Sequence record: NZ_AP019754.1
From: a plasmid
Reading direction: 5' to 3' (one strand)
Length of the DNA stretch: 64,000 bases
Of this stretch, positions 10,159 through 20,924 are shown piece after piece. The stretch's first letter is position 1; the number at the start of each line of letters is the position of its first letter. Under the pieces are notes generated by a model, which made no database searches, was not told the origin of the DNA, and saw nothing but the letters and a program-made list of their open reading frames with translations. The position numbers and the translations under genes were made by a program.

Positions 10159-10887
10159 GTGCTGATAAAGAAGAAGAAAATACGGTCACATACCGAGGAT
10201 AGATATCTGGCACTGGCACTGGCAACGACTGCCGGGATACTCAACGCAATGGCTTTAGGCGCGTTTGGTTTTTTTCCGTCACACATGAGCGGTAATACTT
10301 CTCAGATTTCTAACGAAGTTTTCACTTCTGACTTTGATAGTCTGGTTTTCCTTGCGGGTCTGATTTCTGCGTTTGTGATCGGTTGTACCACCGCGAGATT
10401 GTTCATTATTGCCGGCGAAAGACGGAAAATCAGAACCATCTTCTGCCTGATCATTCTGGCTGAAGGGTTTGCACTGACGGCAGCGTCACTCTTCGAAAAA
10501 TGGTTTTATTCACCCAGCTACAACGGTGAGGTATTGTTGATGCTGGGCTTCCTGATGGGCTTACATAATGCGACTTCTACGCAACTGTCGAACGGCCGTG
10601 TCAGATCAACCCATATTACCGGTACGCTAACTGACGCAGGCATCGCCTTAGGTTCCTATTTATCATCTTTTATATCCCGGGCAGAACCTTGCGACAGACG
10701 ATTTGCCCAGAAGCAGCTCTATACACATTTAACCACGGTATTATCTTTTTTAACGGGGTGCATTGTCGGGCTATTACTGTTTAAAACCTATGCATTTAAC
10801 GCTATGATTGGACTGGGGATTTTCCTCATCGCCCTTGCAGCTGGCGCGATTGTTATTACATTGTATAATGCAAAAAAGCTTTACTAG
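10159..10887 (+). CDS. DUF1275 (YoaK-like) family inner membrane protein
   Basis: 242 aa, multi-TM, with the characteristic HMSGNTSQ motif near the N-terminus. GTG start with AGGGGA RBS. Confidence 0.6.
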   Translation: MLIKKKKIRSHTEDRYLALALATTAGILNAMALGAFGFFPSHMSGNTSQISNEVFTSDFDSLVFLAGLISAFVIGCTTARLFIIAGERRKIRTIFCLIILAEGFALTAASLFEKWFYSPSYNGEVLLMLGFLMGLHNATSTQLSNGRVRSTHITGTLTDAGIALGSYLSSFISRAEPCDRRFAQKQLYTHLTTVLSFLTGCIVGLLLFKTYAFNAMIGLGIFLIALAAGAIVITLYNAKKLY

Positions 10888-11256
10888 TTGATTTTTATAA
10901 ATGGCGGTTTCGTGAGATTTTATTTCAGGTGCCGCCATTATTAGCAGGAATAATTAATTTAAGACTGTATTTTAAAAGTGGTATAGCAAATTAAATAGAG
11001 GGATTAACTTCCAGAATATGACCGGTAAACAAGTCCATAAAACTGACAAAAAGTAATAGAAATTTACGTTTTATCCGATTTAGAAAAGAATTACCATTTC
11101 ACTAGATTGGTCGTGGAAAAATAAAATTATTGTATAACTAAATCAATAATATAAGTAGATTCTACCGCTTCGCTTAAGGTTTATTTCCTCTGCTGGCTTT
11201 GTTTTCCTGACCACAAAAGTGTTAGTCTGTATATACATACACCGGTTGGAGGTTAT

Positions 11257-11451
11257 GTGAATAACCATGAAGACAACGACATTCGTGCGCTGATTGGGGC
11301 GGTGGTGAGTGAACTTCTGAAGGTAGGTGAGCCCGTGCAGTTTCACCAGATCACAGATGCATTGTTTCGTTTAAGTCATGACAGCCGAGACAAAAGATTT
11401 AAAGTACTTTGCCAGCGCGCAATCCATTTTTTCTCACGCAAAATGCATTAA
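11257..11451 (+). CDS. YmgB/AriR-superfamily small regulatory protein paralog
   Basis: 64 aa sharing the family pattern LIGAVVSELLKVGEPV...ITDALFRL with the adjacent ycgZ/ymgA/ariR homologs. Confidence 0.5.
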   Translation: MNNHEDNDIRALIGAVVSELLKVGEPVQFHQITDALFRLSHDSRDKRFKVLCQRAIHFFSRKMH

Positions 11452-11539
11452 GAGTGACCTGCAATCTGGCTGCGTTGCAGGTCAACAAACTCACGCTGAC
11501 TTAGGATAAACGCCCTCACCACAGATGTCAGATGCGAAA

Positions 11540-11803
11540 CTACACACCTGCATCGTCTGGCGTACGTCCTACCACGATTTCAAGAGTTCTGCGTAACAGT
11601 TCGATGTGGAACTCATCATCCGTCGATTCGAGTTCTGCGATGAGGTACAGGATGATCGCTTTATTGGTTACGCGTTTTTCGTCACTGACAATATTTCTGA
11701 TAACTCTGCCAAGCAGCTCAGTCTCCTGAGCAAGATGCTCTCCCTCACTGCGAAAAAACTCGATGATGGCTAAATCTGATGTGCTCTGTTGCATAGTTAT
11801 CAT
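11540..11803 (-). CDS. ariR: AriR/YmgB biofilm and acid-resistance connector protein
   Basis: 87 aa with strong similarity to my recollection of E. coli YmgB (NKAIILYLIAELESTDDEFHIELLRRTLEIVVGRTPDD vs NKNIILSLIHSLETTSD...IRKTLEIVLRYTADD). Confidence 0.75.
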   Translation of the reverse strand: MITMQQSTSDLAIIEFFRSEGEHLAQETELLGRVIRNIVSDEKRVTNKAIILYLIAELESTDDEFHIELLRRTLEIVVGRTPDDAGV

Positions 11804-11936
11804 TCTCTAAGAATCGTCAGTTGCGTCTTAAGGAGTCAGCCGACAAGGTCATTAAGTAGTAAGGGTTACCAGGCATAACACACTTTGATGCCCATCTTTT
11901 CTCTCGCTGGCACAGCTTAAATCTTAGACGCCAGCG

Positions 11937-12224
11937 TCAGTGTTTTTTAGAGCCTTCTGGTGGGCCGTCGTTGTTCAAACGGTGTTTATCGCGCTCGGGA
12001 AGATCCACCCGGCGGCGACTGTTCGCTGTGGCCATGCCTTTTTGTACTTCAACAATCGCAACTTTGATGGCTTTCAGCCTGGTTGCGTCCTCGGTTTCAC
12101 TTGCCATTGCTTCAAGTTGAGCAATAAGTGCATTGCTGGATATCGGACTTTCTGATTTCAGTAAGATCAGAACGGCCTCACCAATCATGACATCCGTTAT
12201 TTTTTCTTCTTCACTTCTGTACAT
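11937..12224 (-). CDS. ymgA: YmgA-like connector protein
   Basis: 95 aa; ITDVMIGEAVLILLKSE...LIAQLEAM resembles E. coli YmgA. Position between the ycgZ and ariR homologs conserves the E. coli operon order. Confidence 0.6.
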   Translation of the reverse strand: MYRSEEEKITDVMIGEAVLILLKSESPISSNALIAQLEAMASETEDATRLKAIKVAIVEVQKGMATANSRRRVDLPERDKHRLNNDGPPEGSKKH

Positions 12225-12393
12225 ACTGGCTTCTCTGATTACGAATTTGTAGCCACGCTCCGGCTACGATGACGGGGGACAGCTAACCTTCCCGCGTCAG
12301 CTGTGGGCAGTACTATCCCTGTGAGTAAACATGGTACTGCCCGATCAGAAATTACTTCAGGTAACGAATTAATTTTAAAGCGTTAAATTTATA

Positions 12394-12639
12394 TTAGCTT
12401 TCGCGACTAAACAGTAATCCAATCAGCTCCTGGTAATGACGTTGCTGCTCTGTGGCATCACAACCGTCAAGACGATGGAGCAATTTACTGCAAATTGCTT
12501 TGCGTGAAAGTGTTTGGCCTGCGCGCAGTAGCTCAACAACAATCTCACCCAGCGTTTCCTGCTGAGAGGGCAAATTTGCCTGGCTGAAGTAACGGGCGAT
12601 GTCGCTGGTATTATCCGGTGCATGTCCGTTCTGACGCAT
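12394..12639 (-). CDS. ycgZ: YcgZ-like connector protein
   Basis: 81 aa; IARYFSQANLPSQQETLGEIVVELLRAGQTLSRKAICSKLLHRL matches the YcgZ pattern. First gene of the minus-strand operon. Confidence 0.65.
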   Translation of the reverse strand: MRQNGHAPDNTSDIARYFSQANLPSQQETLGEIVVELLRAGQTLSRKAICSKLLHRLDGCDATEQQRHYQELIGLLFSRES

Positions 12640-12868
12640 ACGATTATCCTCAGGTGGTTAAAATGTACTTTGCCATAGAGCGAAAGTTATACATCTTTCA
12701 AAAACTTGTACAGAATTTTGATGGTCTTAACGGGAGTTTTTTGTGCAAAAAATGCTAATTGATTAAAAACAGAGAGTTACAGAGGTGTGAAGTAGGGCGG
12801 ATGTTATCAAGCATTGTGCCAAAATTAAGCTTAAAAGTTAACACAATGCGTAAAATATAAGCATAGAA

Positions 12869-13159
12869 CTATTTTATGACAATGTCATCGCCGTCATTGT
12901 CTGAAGATCCTGAAAACGCTGATTTGCGTGCAGACCAACCTCTGCCTGAAGTCAGGCGCGAACCAATTTGCCTGAAACCCATCAGCCATTTGGTTGCATC
13001 ATCGAGCTGTGACAGCCTGGCTTCATCCACTTCAGACCGGGTCATTACTTTAAGCTCATCGACAAGAGACTCCACACTGACGTCCTGATTGATGGCGATC
13101 AGGTTCAGAGCGGCTTCTCCGATGATCGTGTTTGTCAGGTGCTGCTGGGAAAGTAACAA
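12869..13159 (-). CDS. YmgA/YmgB-family paralog
   Basis: 96 aa; TNTIIGEAALNLIAINQDVSVESLVDELKVM matches the family pattern. Lies upstream of the ycgZ homolog. Confidence 0.5.
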   Translation of the reverse strand: MLLSQQHLTNTIIGEAALNLIAINQDVSVESLVDELKVMTRSEVDEARLSQLDDATKWLMGFRQIGSRLTSGRGWSARKSAFSGSSDNDGDDIVIK

Positions 13160-13408
13160 AATGACCTCCTTTGCCTTTCATACGACAAGTTTATTTTAGC
13201 AAAGAATAGCGTTCCTGTTTTGCCCTGCGCGCGCTCAGCGTTGATCCATCCACTTTATGGACCTGCATCAGGACGGTTTCTTCATTATTCGATGGCGCTA
13301 CACTGCTGGACTTTTACTTTCAGAATAACTAATTAGCCACTCTGCATTACAAAACTTAAAACTTCCATTCATTTCATTAAAAAACTTCACAAAGTGTTTC
13401 TGTGTGAA

Positions 13409-13430
13409 TTTTATAGCCTGTGCTATAAAA
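13409..13430. promoter_or_regulatory. MntR-box-like operator (ATAGC-N4-GCTAT inverted repeat) upstream of sitA
   Basis: TTTTATAGCCTGTGCTATAAAA has the same core and spacing as the E. coli mntH MntR site AAACATAGCAAAGGCTATGTTT. It is 45 bp upstream of the sitA start. Confidence 0.55.
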
Positions 13431-13475
13431 TTTAGCACGGGCTAAATTATTGGCGCTTTTTTCATTAATCTCAGG

Positions 13476-14393
13476 ATGACGAACATGGTGAGTAAATTAT
13501 CGGTTTCAACACTTGGCATGATGTTGAGTGTTTTTATTAGCCTCAACAGCTATGCGGCTGATAAATTTAAGGTTGTCACGACCTTCACCGTTATTGCTGA
13601 CATGGCAAAAAATGTGGCAGGGGAGGCGGCTGAGGTCACGTCAATCACCAAACCTGGTGCCGAAATTCATGAGTATCAACCGACCCCAGGCGATATTAAA
13701 CGTGCACAGGGTGCACAGTTGGTGATGGCTAATGGTTTGAATCTGGAATTGTGGTTTCAACGTTTTTATCAACATCTCAAAGGCGTTCCTGAAGTTGTTG
13801 TTTCAACGGGCGTTTCTCCGATAGGAATAGGGGAAGGACCTTATAATGGCAAACCCAATCCTCACGCATGGATGTCACCGGATAACGCACTGATCTATGT
13901 GGATAATATTCGTGATGCGCTTGTAAAGCACGATCCGGCCAATGCCAGCACTTATCAGCAGAACGCAGCCGCCTATAAGCAAAAGATCGTTGCAGCACTC
14001 GAACCTGTTCGTAAGCAACTCGCCGCCATACCAGAAAACAAACGCTGGATAGTGACCAGCGAAGGCGCTTTTTCCTATCTGGCACGTGATTTAGGGCTTA
14101 AAGAACTTTATCTCTGGCCAATCAATGCCGATCAGCAGGGAACGCCACAGCAGGTTCGGAACGTCATCGATCAGATGAAAAAGAATGCCATTCCCGTCAT
14201 ATTCAGTGAAAGCACCGTCTCCGATAAACCTGCACGCCAGGTCGCGCGCGAAACGCACGCACATTATGGCGGTGTGTTATACGTTGACTCATTAAGCGCG
14301 GCCAACGGGCCTGTGCCAACGTATCTTGACCTGTTGAAAGTTACCACCCAGACGCTGGTAAACGGCATTCAGGACGGGATGAAAACACCATGA
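13476..14393 (+). CDS. sitA: Mn2+/Fe2+ ABC transporter periplasmic metal-binding protein (TroA/SitA/YfeA family)
   Basis: 305 aa with signal peptide. Cluster-9 substrate-binding protein features. First gene of a 4-gene ABC operon with overlapping stop/starts. Confidence 0.8.
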   Translation: MTNMVSKLSVSTLGMMLSVFISLNSYAADKFKVVTTFTVIADMAKNVAGEAAEVTSITKPGAEIHEYQPTPGDIKRAQGAQLVMANGLNLELWFQRFYQHLKGVPEVVVSTGVSPIGIGEGPYNGKPNPHAWMSPDNALIYVDNIRDALVKHDPANASTYQQNAAAYKQKIVAALEPVRKQLAAIPENKRWIVTSEGAFSYLARDLGLKELYLWPINADQQGTPQQVRNVIDQMKKNAIPVIFSESTVSDKPARQVARETHAHYGGVLYVDSLSAANGPVPTYLDLLKVTTQTLVNGIQDGMKTP

Positions 14394-15211
14394 ACCCCAC
14401 AATTGTCGTTTCGGACCTCTCGGTAACCTACTGTAACGGGCATACAGCGTTGCACAACGCTAGCTTTAGCGTGCCAGCCGGGTCAATTGCTGCACTCGTC
14501 GGGGTAAATGGTTCGGGTAAATCTACGCTTTTCAAAGCGCTTATGGGATTTGTACCTGCGCGATCGGGCCATATCAGCGTACTGGGATTGCCAACGCGTA
14601 AGGCGCTTCGCCGTAGCCTGGTCGCCTATGTGCCGCAGGCCGAGGAGGTTGACTGGTCTTTTCCGGTTCTGGTGGATGATGTGGTTATGATGGGGCGCTA
14701 TGGACATATGGGCCTGATGCGTATCCCTAAACGGCAGGATCGCGATCGGGTGACTGACGCGCTGGCACGCGTTGACATGCTGGATTTTCGCCATCGCCAA
14801 ATCGGTGAGCTTTCCGGCGGTCAGAAAAAACGCGTTTTCCTTGCGCGGGCCATTGCGCAACAGGGCGAGGTGATTTTACTGGATGAACCCTTCACCGGCG
14901 TTGATGTTCATACCGAGGCCAAAATCATCAGCTTGTTGCGTGAGCTAAAGGAGGAAGGAAAAACTATGCTGGTTTCGACCCATAATCTTGGCTCCGTGAC
15001 CGAGTTTTGTGATTACACCGTCATGGTTAAAGGCACGGTTCTTGCCAGCGGCCCCACGGCGACGACGTTTACGCAGCAGAATCTGGAGCGCACATTCAGT
15101 GGCGTACTGCGCCATGTCATGACTGAGGGCGGTATCACGCAGGTTATCGCCGATCATGAACGTCCGGTTAATGCATCCATGGACACGCATTCATCATGGG
15201 GTAAACGATGA
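14390..15211 (+). CDS. sitB: Mn/Fe ABC transporter ATP-binding protein
   Basis: Walker [13 protein letters not shown] signature LSGGQKKR, Walker B ILLDEP. Confidence 0.85.
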   Translation: MNPTIVVSDLSVTYCNGHTALHNASFSVPAGSIAALVGVNGSGKSTLFKALMGFVPARSGHISVLGLPTRKALRRSLVAYVPQAEEVDWSFPVLVDDVVMMGRYGHMGLMRIPKRQDRDRVTDALARVDMLDFRHRQIGELSGGQKKRVFLARAIAQQGEVILLDEPFTGVDVHTEAKIISLLRELKEEGKTMLVSTHNLGSVTEFCDYTVMVKGTVLASGPTATTFTQQNLERTFSGVLRHVMTEGGITQVIADHERPVNASMDTHSSWGKR

Positions 15212-16068
15212 CCGCGCTCCTTGAACCTTTTGGTTATCAATATATGTTGAACGCCATGTGGATTTCAGCCATGGTCGGCGGGCTGTGCGCCTTTCTGTCC
15301 TGTTATCTGATGTTAAAGGGCTGGTCGCTTATTGGTGATGCGCTGTCACACTCTATTGTTCCCGGTGTCGCGGGCGCTTACATGCTCGGACTGCCGTTTG
15401 CGTTGGGCGCTTTTTTATCAGGGGGCTTAGCGGCAGGGAGCATGCTGTTGCTCAACCAGCGCACGCGGCTGAAAGAAGATACCATCATCGGCCTGATTTT
15501 TTCTTCGTTCTTCGGCCTTGGGCTGTTTATGGTTTCCCTCAATCCCACTTCTGTAAATATTCAGACTATCGTGCTGGGCAATATTCTGGCTATTGCGCCT
15601 TCCGATATCATTCAGCTGCTTATTATCGGACTGACTTCTGTCGCCATTTTGTTTTTCAAATGGAAAGATTTAATGGTCACCTTTTTCGATGAAAACCATG
15701 CTCGCGCCGTTGGTTTAAATCCGGTGCGTCTTAAGATCTTATTTTTCACTTTGTTGGCCGTTTCGACCGTGGCTGCGTTACAAACCGTGGGCGCGTTTCT
15801 GGTTATCTGTCTGGTTGTCACGCCAGGCGCAACGGCGTGGTTGCTGACCGATCGCTTTCCCCGGCTACTTGCCATCGCGGTTGCCATTGGCAGCATCACG
15901 AGCTTTATGGGCGCGTGGGCAAGTTATTATCTCGATGGCGCAACGGGCGGCATTATTGTCGTTGCGCAAACGTTACTTTTTTTACTGGCCTTCATCTTTG
16001 CGCCTAAGCACGGTGTGCTGGCGAATCGTCGTCGTGCCCAGGCGCATGCTGTGCGGGAGACAAGATGA
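15208..16068 (+). CDS. sitC: Mn/Fe ABC transporter permease
   Basis: 286-aa multi-TM ABC-3 family permease with overlapping start. Confidence 0.8.
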   Translation: MTALLEPFGYQYMLNAMWISAMVGGLCAFLSCYLMLKGWSLIGDALSHSIVPGVAGAYMLGLPFALGAFLSGGLAAGSMLLLNQRTRLKEDTIIGLIFSSFFGLGLFMVSLNPTSVNIQTIVLGNILAIAPSDIIQLLIIGLTSVAILFFKWKDLMVTFFDENHARAVGLNPVRLKILFFTLLAVSTVAALQTVGAFLVICLVVTPGATAWLLTDRFPRLLAIAVAIGSITSFMGAWASYYLDGATGGIIVVAQTLLFLLAFIFAPKHGVLANRRRAQAHAVRETR

Positions 16069-16895
16069 TGTGGCTGGAACCTTTTCAGTTTGGTTTTATG
16101 AATCATGCTTTACTCATCGCGGCGGTGGTTGCCGTGCCTTGTGCGCTGCTGTCAGTCTTTTTGGTCCTGAAGGGCTGGGCGTTGATGGGTGATGCGATGA
16201 GTCATGCTGTCTTTCCAGGCATAGTGCTGGCGTGGATGATGGCATTACCTCTGGCAGTGGGCGCATTCAGTGCCGGTTTGTTTTGTGCTGTTGCCAGTGG
16301 CTACCTTAAAGAGAACAGCAGAATCAAGCAGGACACGGTTCTGGGTATTGTTTTTTCCGGGATGTTTGCGGTTGGCCTGATTTTGTACATCGCCCTGAAA
16401 CCGGAGATCCACCTCGACCATATTTTATTCGGGGATATGCTGGGGATCAGCCAAAGCGATATTTTTCAGACGTTAGGTATTGCCGCTGTGATTGTCGCTG
16501 TCGTCGGTCTGAAATGGCGCGATTTCATGCTGTTCAGCTTTGATCCTCAACAGGCTCAGGTGTGCGGGCTTTCGGTGCGCTGGCTGCATTATAGCCTGTT
16601 GTGTATGGTGTCTCTGACCATTGTGGCAACGCTTAAGGCAGTAGGGATTATTTTATCGATTTCATTGCTTATTGCACCCGGAGCGATTGCCGTTTTGCTG
16701 ACGGATCGGTTTTCCCATGCGTTGATACTGGCGACGTTTGTTTCGCTTGTTGTCTCACTCTGCGGCGTTTATCTCTCATTTTTTATTGACAGTGCTCCCG
16801 CACCAACCATTGTGGTGCTTTTCGCTCTGGTCTTTATCGTCAGCTTTATCACCACTCACTATAAACTTTCTCGCCTGTCTAAATCCTCCTGCTGA
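16065..16895 (+). CDS. sitD: Mn/Fe ABC transporter permease
   Basis: 276-aa paralogous ABC-3 permease. Followed by a 9-bp-stem hairpin at 16897-16935. Confidence 0.8.
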   Translation: MMWLEPFQFGFMNHALLIAAVVAVPCALLSVFLVLKGWALMGDAMSHAVFPGIVLAWMMALPLAVGAFSAGLFCAVASGYLKENSRIKQDTVLGIVFSGMFAVGLILYIALKPEIHLDHILFGDMLGISQSDIFQTLGIAAVIVAVVGLKWRDFMLFSFDPQQAQVCGLSVRWLHYSLLCMVSLTIVATLKAVGIILSISLLIAPGAIAVLLTDRFSHALILATFVSLVVSLCGVYLSFFIDSAPAPTIVVLFALVFIVSFITTHYKLSRLSKSSC

Positions 16896-17111
16896 TTACT
16901 GTGCTGGTCGCCTGAATGAACAGGGCGACCAGCCGTGTTAATTAACGCAATCGTCGTCTTTTTACCTCTTACCCTGAAAATAAGTGCTAAACCTAATGAC
17001 GTACATACGCATGTAAACATCAGGGTTATCCGGCTTTCCCCGTTCTTATCTCGCCCGTTATGTATAAGTAACCGATCACCTAACCGGCCCTGCAACCATG
17101 GGAAAAAGACA

Positions 17112-17600
17112 ATGTCAGAAACAATACCGTTAACGATGCAGGTCAATGGTCAGACCCAACAGATCAGCATCGATCCTCGCGTAACCTTATTAGATGCACT
17201 GCGCGATCATCTTAACCTGACCGGTACCAAGAAAGGGTGCGATCAGGGGCAGTGCGGTGCCTGTACCGTACTGGTAAACGAGCAGCGGGTACTGAGTTGT
17301 CTGACACTGGCCGTGCAGACGCAAGGTAAAGCCGTGACCACAATTGAAGGTCTGGAACAGTCCTCGGGTGAACTGCACCCGGTGCAACGCTGTTTTATTG
17401 AGCATGATGGTTTCCAGTGCGGCTACTGTACGCCAGGTCAGATTATGTCTGCGGTGGCCTGCATCAAAGAAGGCCATACCGGTTCTGACGACGAAATTCG
17501 GGAATATATGAGTGGCAACCTCTGCCGCTGCGGTGCTTATCCTTTCATCCTTGATGCCATTAAACAGGCCGCGGCGGAAATGGCGGAGGAAGCGCGATGA
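17112..17600 (+). CDS. (2Fe-2S)-binding small subunit of a xanthine dehydrogenase/aldehyde oxidoreductase-family enzyme (PaoA/YagT-like, no Tat signal)
   Basis: Two [2Fe-2S] cysteine clusters (CDQGQCGACTV; CGYCTPG...CRCG). I prefer the internal ATG at 17112 with a GGAAAAAG RBS over the upstream ORF start. Starts MSETIPL with no twin-arginine leader. Confidence 0.8.
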   Translation: MSETIPLTMQVNGQTQQISIDPRVTLLDALRDHLNLTGTKKGCDQGQCGACTVLVNEQRVLSCLTLAVQTQGKAVTTIEGLEQSSGELHPVQRCFIEHDGFQCGYCTPGQIMSAVACIKEGHTGSDDEIREYMSGNLCRCGAYPFILDAIKQAAAEMAEEAR

Positions 17601-18589
17601 ATGAATTTCACTGGCAGGTTGCGCAGTCCGTTGAGGATGCTGCAGGCGCCAAACAACATCCCCAAAATCATCTTATCGCGGGTGGGACGACACAACTCGA
17701 TTTAATGAAATGTGGTGTCTTTACGCCGTCCCGGCTCACTGATATCGCTGGATTACCCAACCTGTCTGCGATTGATTTTGGTCAGGATAACATCACCATT
17801 GGTGCTCTGGTCACTATGAGTGAGCTGGCGAATCATCCGGCCTGTGAACGCGAAGCGCCGGCTTTGTACGGCAGCTTATGGCAGGCGGCGTCGCCTCAGA
17901 TTCGCAACATGGCTACCATCGGCGGCAATTTATGCCAGCGCACACGCTGCGCGTATTATCGCGATCCGGCCACCTTCTCTGCGTGCAATAAACGCGTGCC
18001 TGGCTCCGGCTGCGCTGCGCGGCATGGTGTGAATACCAACCACGCTATTCTGGGAAACAGCGACCACTGTGTGGCGGTTTATCCCGGCGACATGGCGGTC
18101 GCTCTGACGGCATTCGATGCAACGGTTGTGGTGCAAAACAGCCAGCAGCAGAGCCGACGCATTCAGATTGAAGATTTCTTTCTTCTGCCAGGTGATACAC
18201 CCCATCATGAACATGCGTTGCTGGCGGATGAAATCATCGTAGCCATTGAGATCCCATGCTCCCCGGCGCTTAAGCAGTCTCACTATTTAAAAGTCCGCGA
18301 TCGCACCTCCTACGAATTCGCCAGCGCCAGTGCAGCCGTTGGACTCACGCTTAATCAGGGAATGATCGAAACGGTCCATATTGCTTTAGGTGGTGTGGCA
18401 ACAAAACCCTGGCGCGCGCGCCGCATTGAACAGGCACTGACAGGACAGCCTTTTGAGCACCAAACGCTGTATGAGGCTGCAGAGCTGATTAACCAGGAAA
18501 CCCAGGCGCTCTCCGGGAATGCACATAAAATACAGCTTACACCGCGGGTAATCGCACGCGCCTTGATGGCGGCAGGAGAAATCGTATGA
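17597..18589 (+). CDS. FAD-binding medium subunit (molybdopterin dehydrogenase FAD-binding domain, PaoB/YagS-like)
   Basis: 330 aa. Overlapping start with the upstream gene. Typical CO-dehydrogenase flavoprotein features (HLIAGGT, TIGGNLCQ). Confidence 0.75.
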   Translation: MNEFHWQVAQSVEDAAGAKQHPQNHLIAGGTTQLDLMKCGVFTPSRLTDIAGLPNLSAIDFGQDNITIGALVTMSELANHPACEREAPALYGSLWQAASPQIRNMATIGGNLCQRTRCAYYRDPATFSACNKRVPGSGCAARHGVNTNHAILGNSDHCVAVYPGDMAVALTAFDATVVVQNSQQQSRRIQIEDFFLLPGDTPHHEHALLADEIIVAIEIPCSPALKQSHYLKVRDRTSYEFASASAAVGLTLNQGMIETVHIALGGVATKPWRARRIEQALTGQPFEHQTLYEAAELINQETQALSGNAHKIQLTPRVIARALMAAGEIV

Positions 18590-20922
18590 CCCATGACCAA
18601 AACGACCTGCTTCACAGTGGGAACGCCGTGGATTCCACAGGCGATCACAACGAACGCTATCGCCGTGCACCCGCAAGCCTGTCAGGACTGGGAACGCCGC
18701 GTACCCGGGGTGATGGTAAGGTTAAAGTGACAGGAAAAGCGCGTTACGCGATCGAACATACACCCGAGAATGCTGTGCACGGCGTGGTCATCCAGTCCAC
18801 CGTCGCCAGCGGTCGCATCAGACACATGGATACCACTAAAGCAGAAAGCGCAGCGGGTGTTATTGCCGTTTATACGCATCTCAATTCACTGAAAATTCAT
18901 CAGCCGACGGCAATCGCTGACGGGGGCGCCGCGCAGACAACCTACACGCCGATCCAGGATAACGTGATTATTCACAACGGTCAGAACATTGGCCTGGTGG
19001 TGGCCGAAACCTTCGAACAGGCAACTTACGCAGCTTCGCTGGTAGAGATTGACTATGACACCACGCCTGCGCTGATATCACCGACAGATGAAGGGGTGGA
19101 ACCCAAGCCGCTCCCACCTCAGGATATTGAGATGGGTGATGCGCAGAGCGCCATGAACCAGTCTGAAGTCCGCATCAATCAGCGCTACACGACCCCGCGT
19201 GAATACAATATGCCCATGGAACCCCATGGCTGTATTGCACAGTGGGAGAACGATCATATGACCGTCTGGGAACCCAGCCAGTGGGTGATGGGCGCCCAGG
19301 TCGAAATTGCGGAATGGATGGGCATCTCACCCAAACAGGTGCGTATCATTTCGCCCTATGTGGGGGGCGGCTTCGGTTCTAAGCCCGTGCCTTACACACA
19401 TGTTGCGCTGGCCTGTGTGGCCTCGCGCGCGCTCAATCGTCCGGTTCGTGTGTCACTGACGCGACCGCAAACCTTTACGGGTTTGGGCGGACGTCCGGCG
19501 ACCTCACAACAGCTGGAAATGGGGGCGACGCGGGAAGGAAAGATTCAGTCCGTTATCCTGCGCAGTTTTAGTGAGACATCACTTATTGACGTGTTCGCCG
19601 AAAACTGCAGCAAGGTCACTGGCCGCATGTATGCCATCGAAAACCTCTCTGCCCAACATCAGGTCAGACCTATTAATACGGTGACGCCTGGCTGGATGCG
19701 CGCACCGGGTGAAAACCCCAGCGCGTTCGGTCTTGAAGTAGCGATGGATGAGATGGCTTACGCACTGGATCTTGATCCCCTGGCTTTTCGGCTACTTAAC
19801 TGGGCCGATCGTGATTACCAAAAGGATCTTCCCTGGAGTTCGCGTCGGCTTAAAGAGGCCTACCAAAAAGGGGCTGAGGCGTTTGGTTGGGATAAACGCG
19901 TCATGGCGCCCCGATCGATGCGTGAAGGACGCGAACTGATTGGCTGGGGAATGGCCTCGGGGACCTACCCGGTCAACACCATGCCTGCGGAAGCTAAAAT
20001 CCTGCTTTCTCCGCAAGGTCAGTTCGTTGTGCAGTGCGCAGGAGCGGATATTGGTACCGGTACTTACACCATACTGGCGCAAACCGCCGCAGACATTCTG
20101 GGCGTTGATTCACAGCGCATTGATGTTGAATTAGGCGATACGCAACTGCCCCGGGCTGGCGTTGCGGGCGGCTCCCAGCTGGCAGGGAATCTGACCGCTG
20201 CCGTAGACGATACCGCGAAAAAGCTGCGCGCCCGTTTACTGGCGTTGGCCAGTCAGACTTCAGGTTCCCCTCTTGCCGGCATTTCGCATGAACAACTCAC
20301 TCTGGCCCAGGGTGGCATCCATCTCACGGCTAAACCGTCTCAGGCCATTGATTTGGGGGCGCTGCTTAAGCTGGCTAACCTTAATGGGCTCAGCGTTGAA
20401 GGCGGCACGTTTTCACCGGACATGTCTGCGCAGGAACGGGACAGCGTTACCGGTAGCCTGAATGAAATGAGCCGACCGGATACGGTCTCGGCCCACAGCT
20501 GGAGCGCACAGTTTGTTGAGGTGCGGGTGGACGAAGACTTTGGCACCATACGGTTGAAACGGATGGTCGCGGCCTTCGACAGTGGCCGACTTTATAATCC
20601 TAAACTCGCCCGAAGTCAGTGGGTGGGCGGCATGATCATGGGGGTAGGTCAGGCATTACTCGAAGGCGGCATTATCGATCCGCGTAATGGTCGGGTGATT
20701 AACAATAATCTTGCCGATTATCTGATTCCAGTGAATGCGGATATTCCCGAGATTACCACCATTGATGTCGGTGAACCTGATTATCAGGCCACCAGCATGG
20801 GCGGGAAAACGGTCGGTGAACTGGGCATCGTGGGCGTGGCTGCGGCTATCAGCAATGCGGTTTATCACGCGACCGGTAAGCGCGTCAGGGATTTACCCAT
20901 CACGCTGGATAAAATCCTTTAA
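18586..20922 (+). CDS. Molybdopterin-binding large subunit (aldehyde oxidase/xanthine dehydrogenase family, PaoC/YagR-like)
   Basis: 778 aa with a/b-hammerhead and MoCo-binding domains (GGGFGSK, GQGxxT motifs). Confidence 0.8.
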   Translation: MTHDQNDLLHSGNAVDSTGDHNERYRRAPASLSGLGTPRTRGDGKVKVTGKARYAIEHTPENAVHGVVIQSTVASGRIRHMDTTKAESAAGVIAVYTHLNSLKIHQPTAIADGGAAQTTYTPIQDNVIIHNGQNIGLVVAETFEQATYAASLVEIDYDTTPALISPTDEGVEPKPLPPQDIEMGDAQSAMNQSEVRINQRYTTPREYNMPMEPHGCIAQWENDHMTVWEPSQWVMGAQVEIAEWMGISPKQVRIISPYVGGGFGSKPVPYTHVALACVASRALNRPVRVSLTRPQTFTGLGGRPATSQQLEMGATREGKIQSVILRSFSETSLIDVFAENCSKVTGRMYAIENLSAQHQVRPINTVTPGWMRAPGENPSAFGLEVAMDEMAYALDLDPLAFRLLNWADRDYQKDLPWSSRRLKEAYQKGAEAFGWDKRVMAPRSMREGRELIGWGMASGTYPVNTMPAEAKILLSPQGQFVVQCAGADIGTGTYTILAQTAADILGVDSQRIDVELGDTQLPRAGVAGGSQLAGNLTAAVDDTAKKLRARLLALASQTSGSPLAGISHEQLTLAQGGIHLTAKPSQAIDLGALLKLANLNGLSVEGGTFSPDMSAQERDSVTGSLNEMSRPDTVSAHSWSAQFVEVRVDEDFGTIRLKRMVAAFDSGRLYNPKLARSQWVGGMIMGVGQALLEGGIIDPRNGRVINNNLADYLIPVNADIPEITTIDVGEPDYQATSMGGKTVGELGIVGVAAAISNAVYHATGKRVRDLPITLDKIL

Positions 20923-20924
20923 AT

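Noticed and set aside
14483-14860. Antisense ORFs inside sitB (14483-14860 -, 14945-15190 -) and inside other long genes (e.g. 28402-28890 -, 34945-35454 -, 41686-42000 +, 42436-42846 +, 61495-62190 -, 63185-63817 +)
   Set aside because: They are fully embedded antisense to well-supported genes with strong family signatures. This is typical of spurious ORFs in GC-rich coding DNA.
16935-17111. Longer upstream start for the Fe-S subunit ORF (16935)
   Set aside because: The extra 59 residues have no Tat/RR motif or homology, and a good RBS precedes the internal ATG at 17112 where the conserved domain begins.
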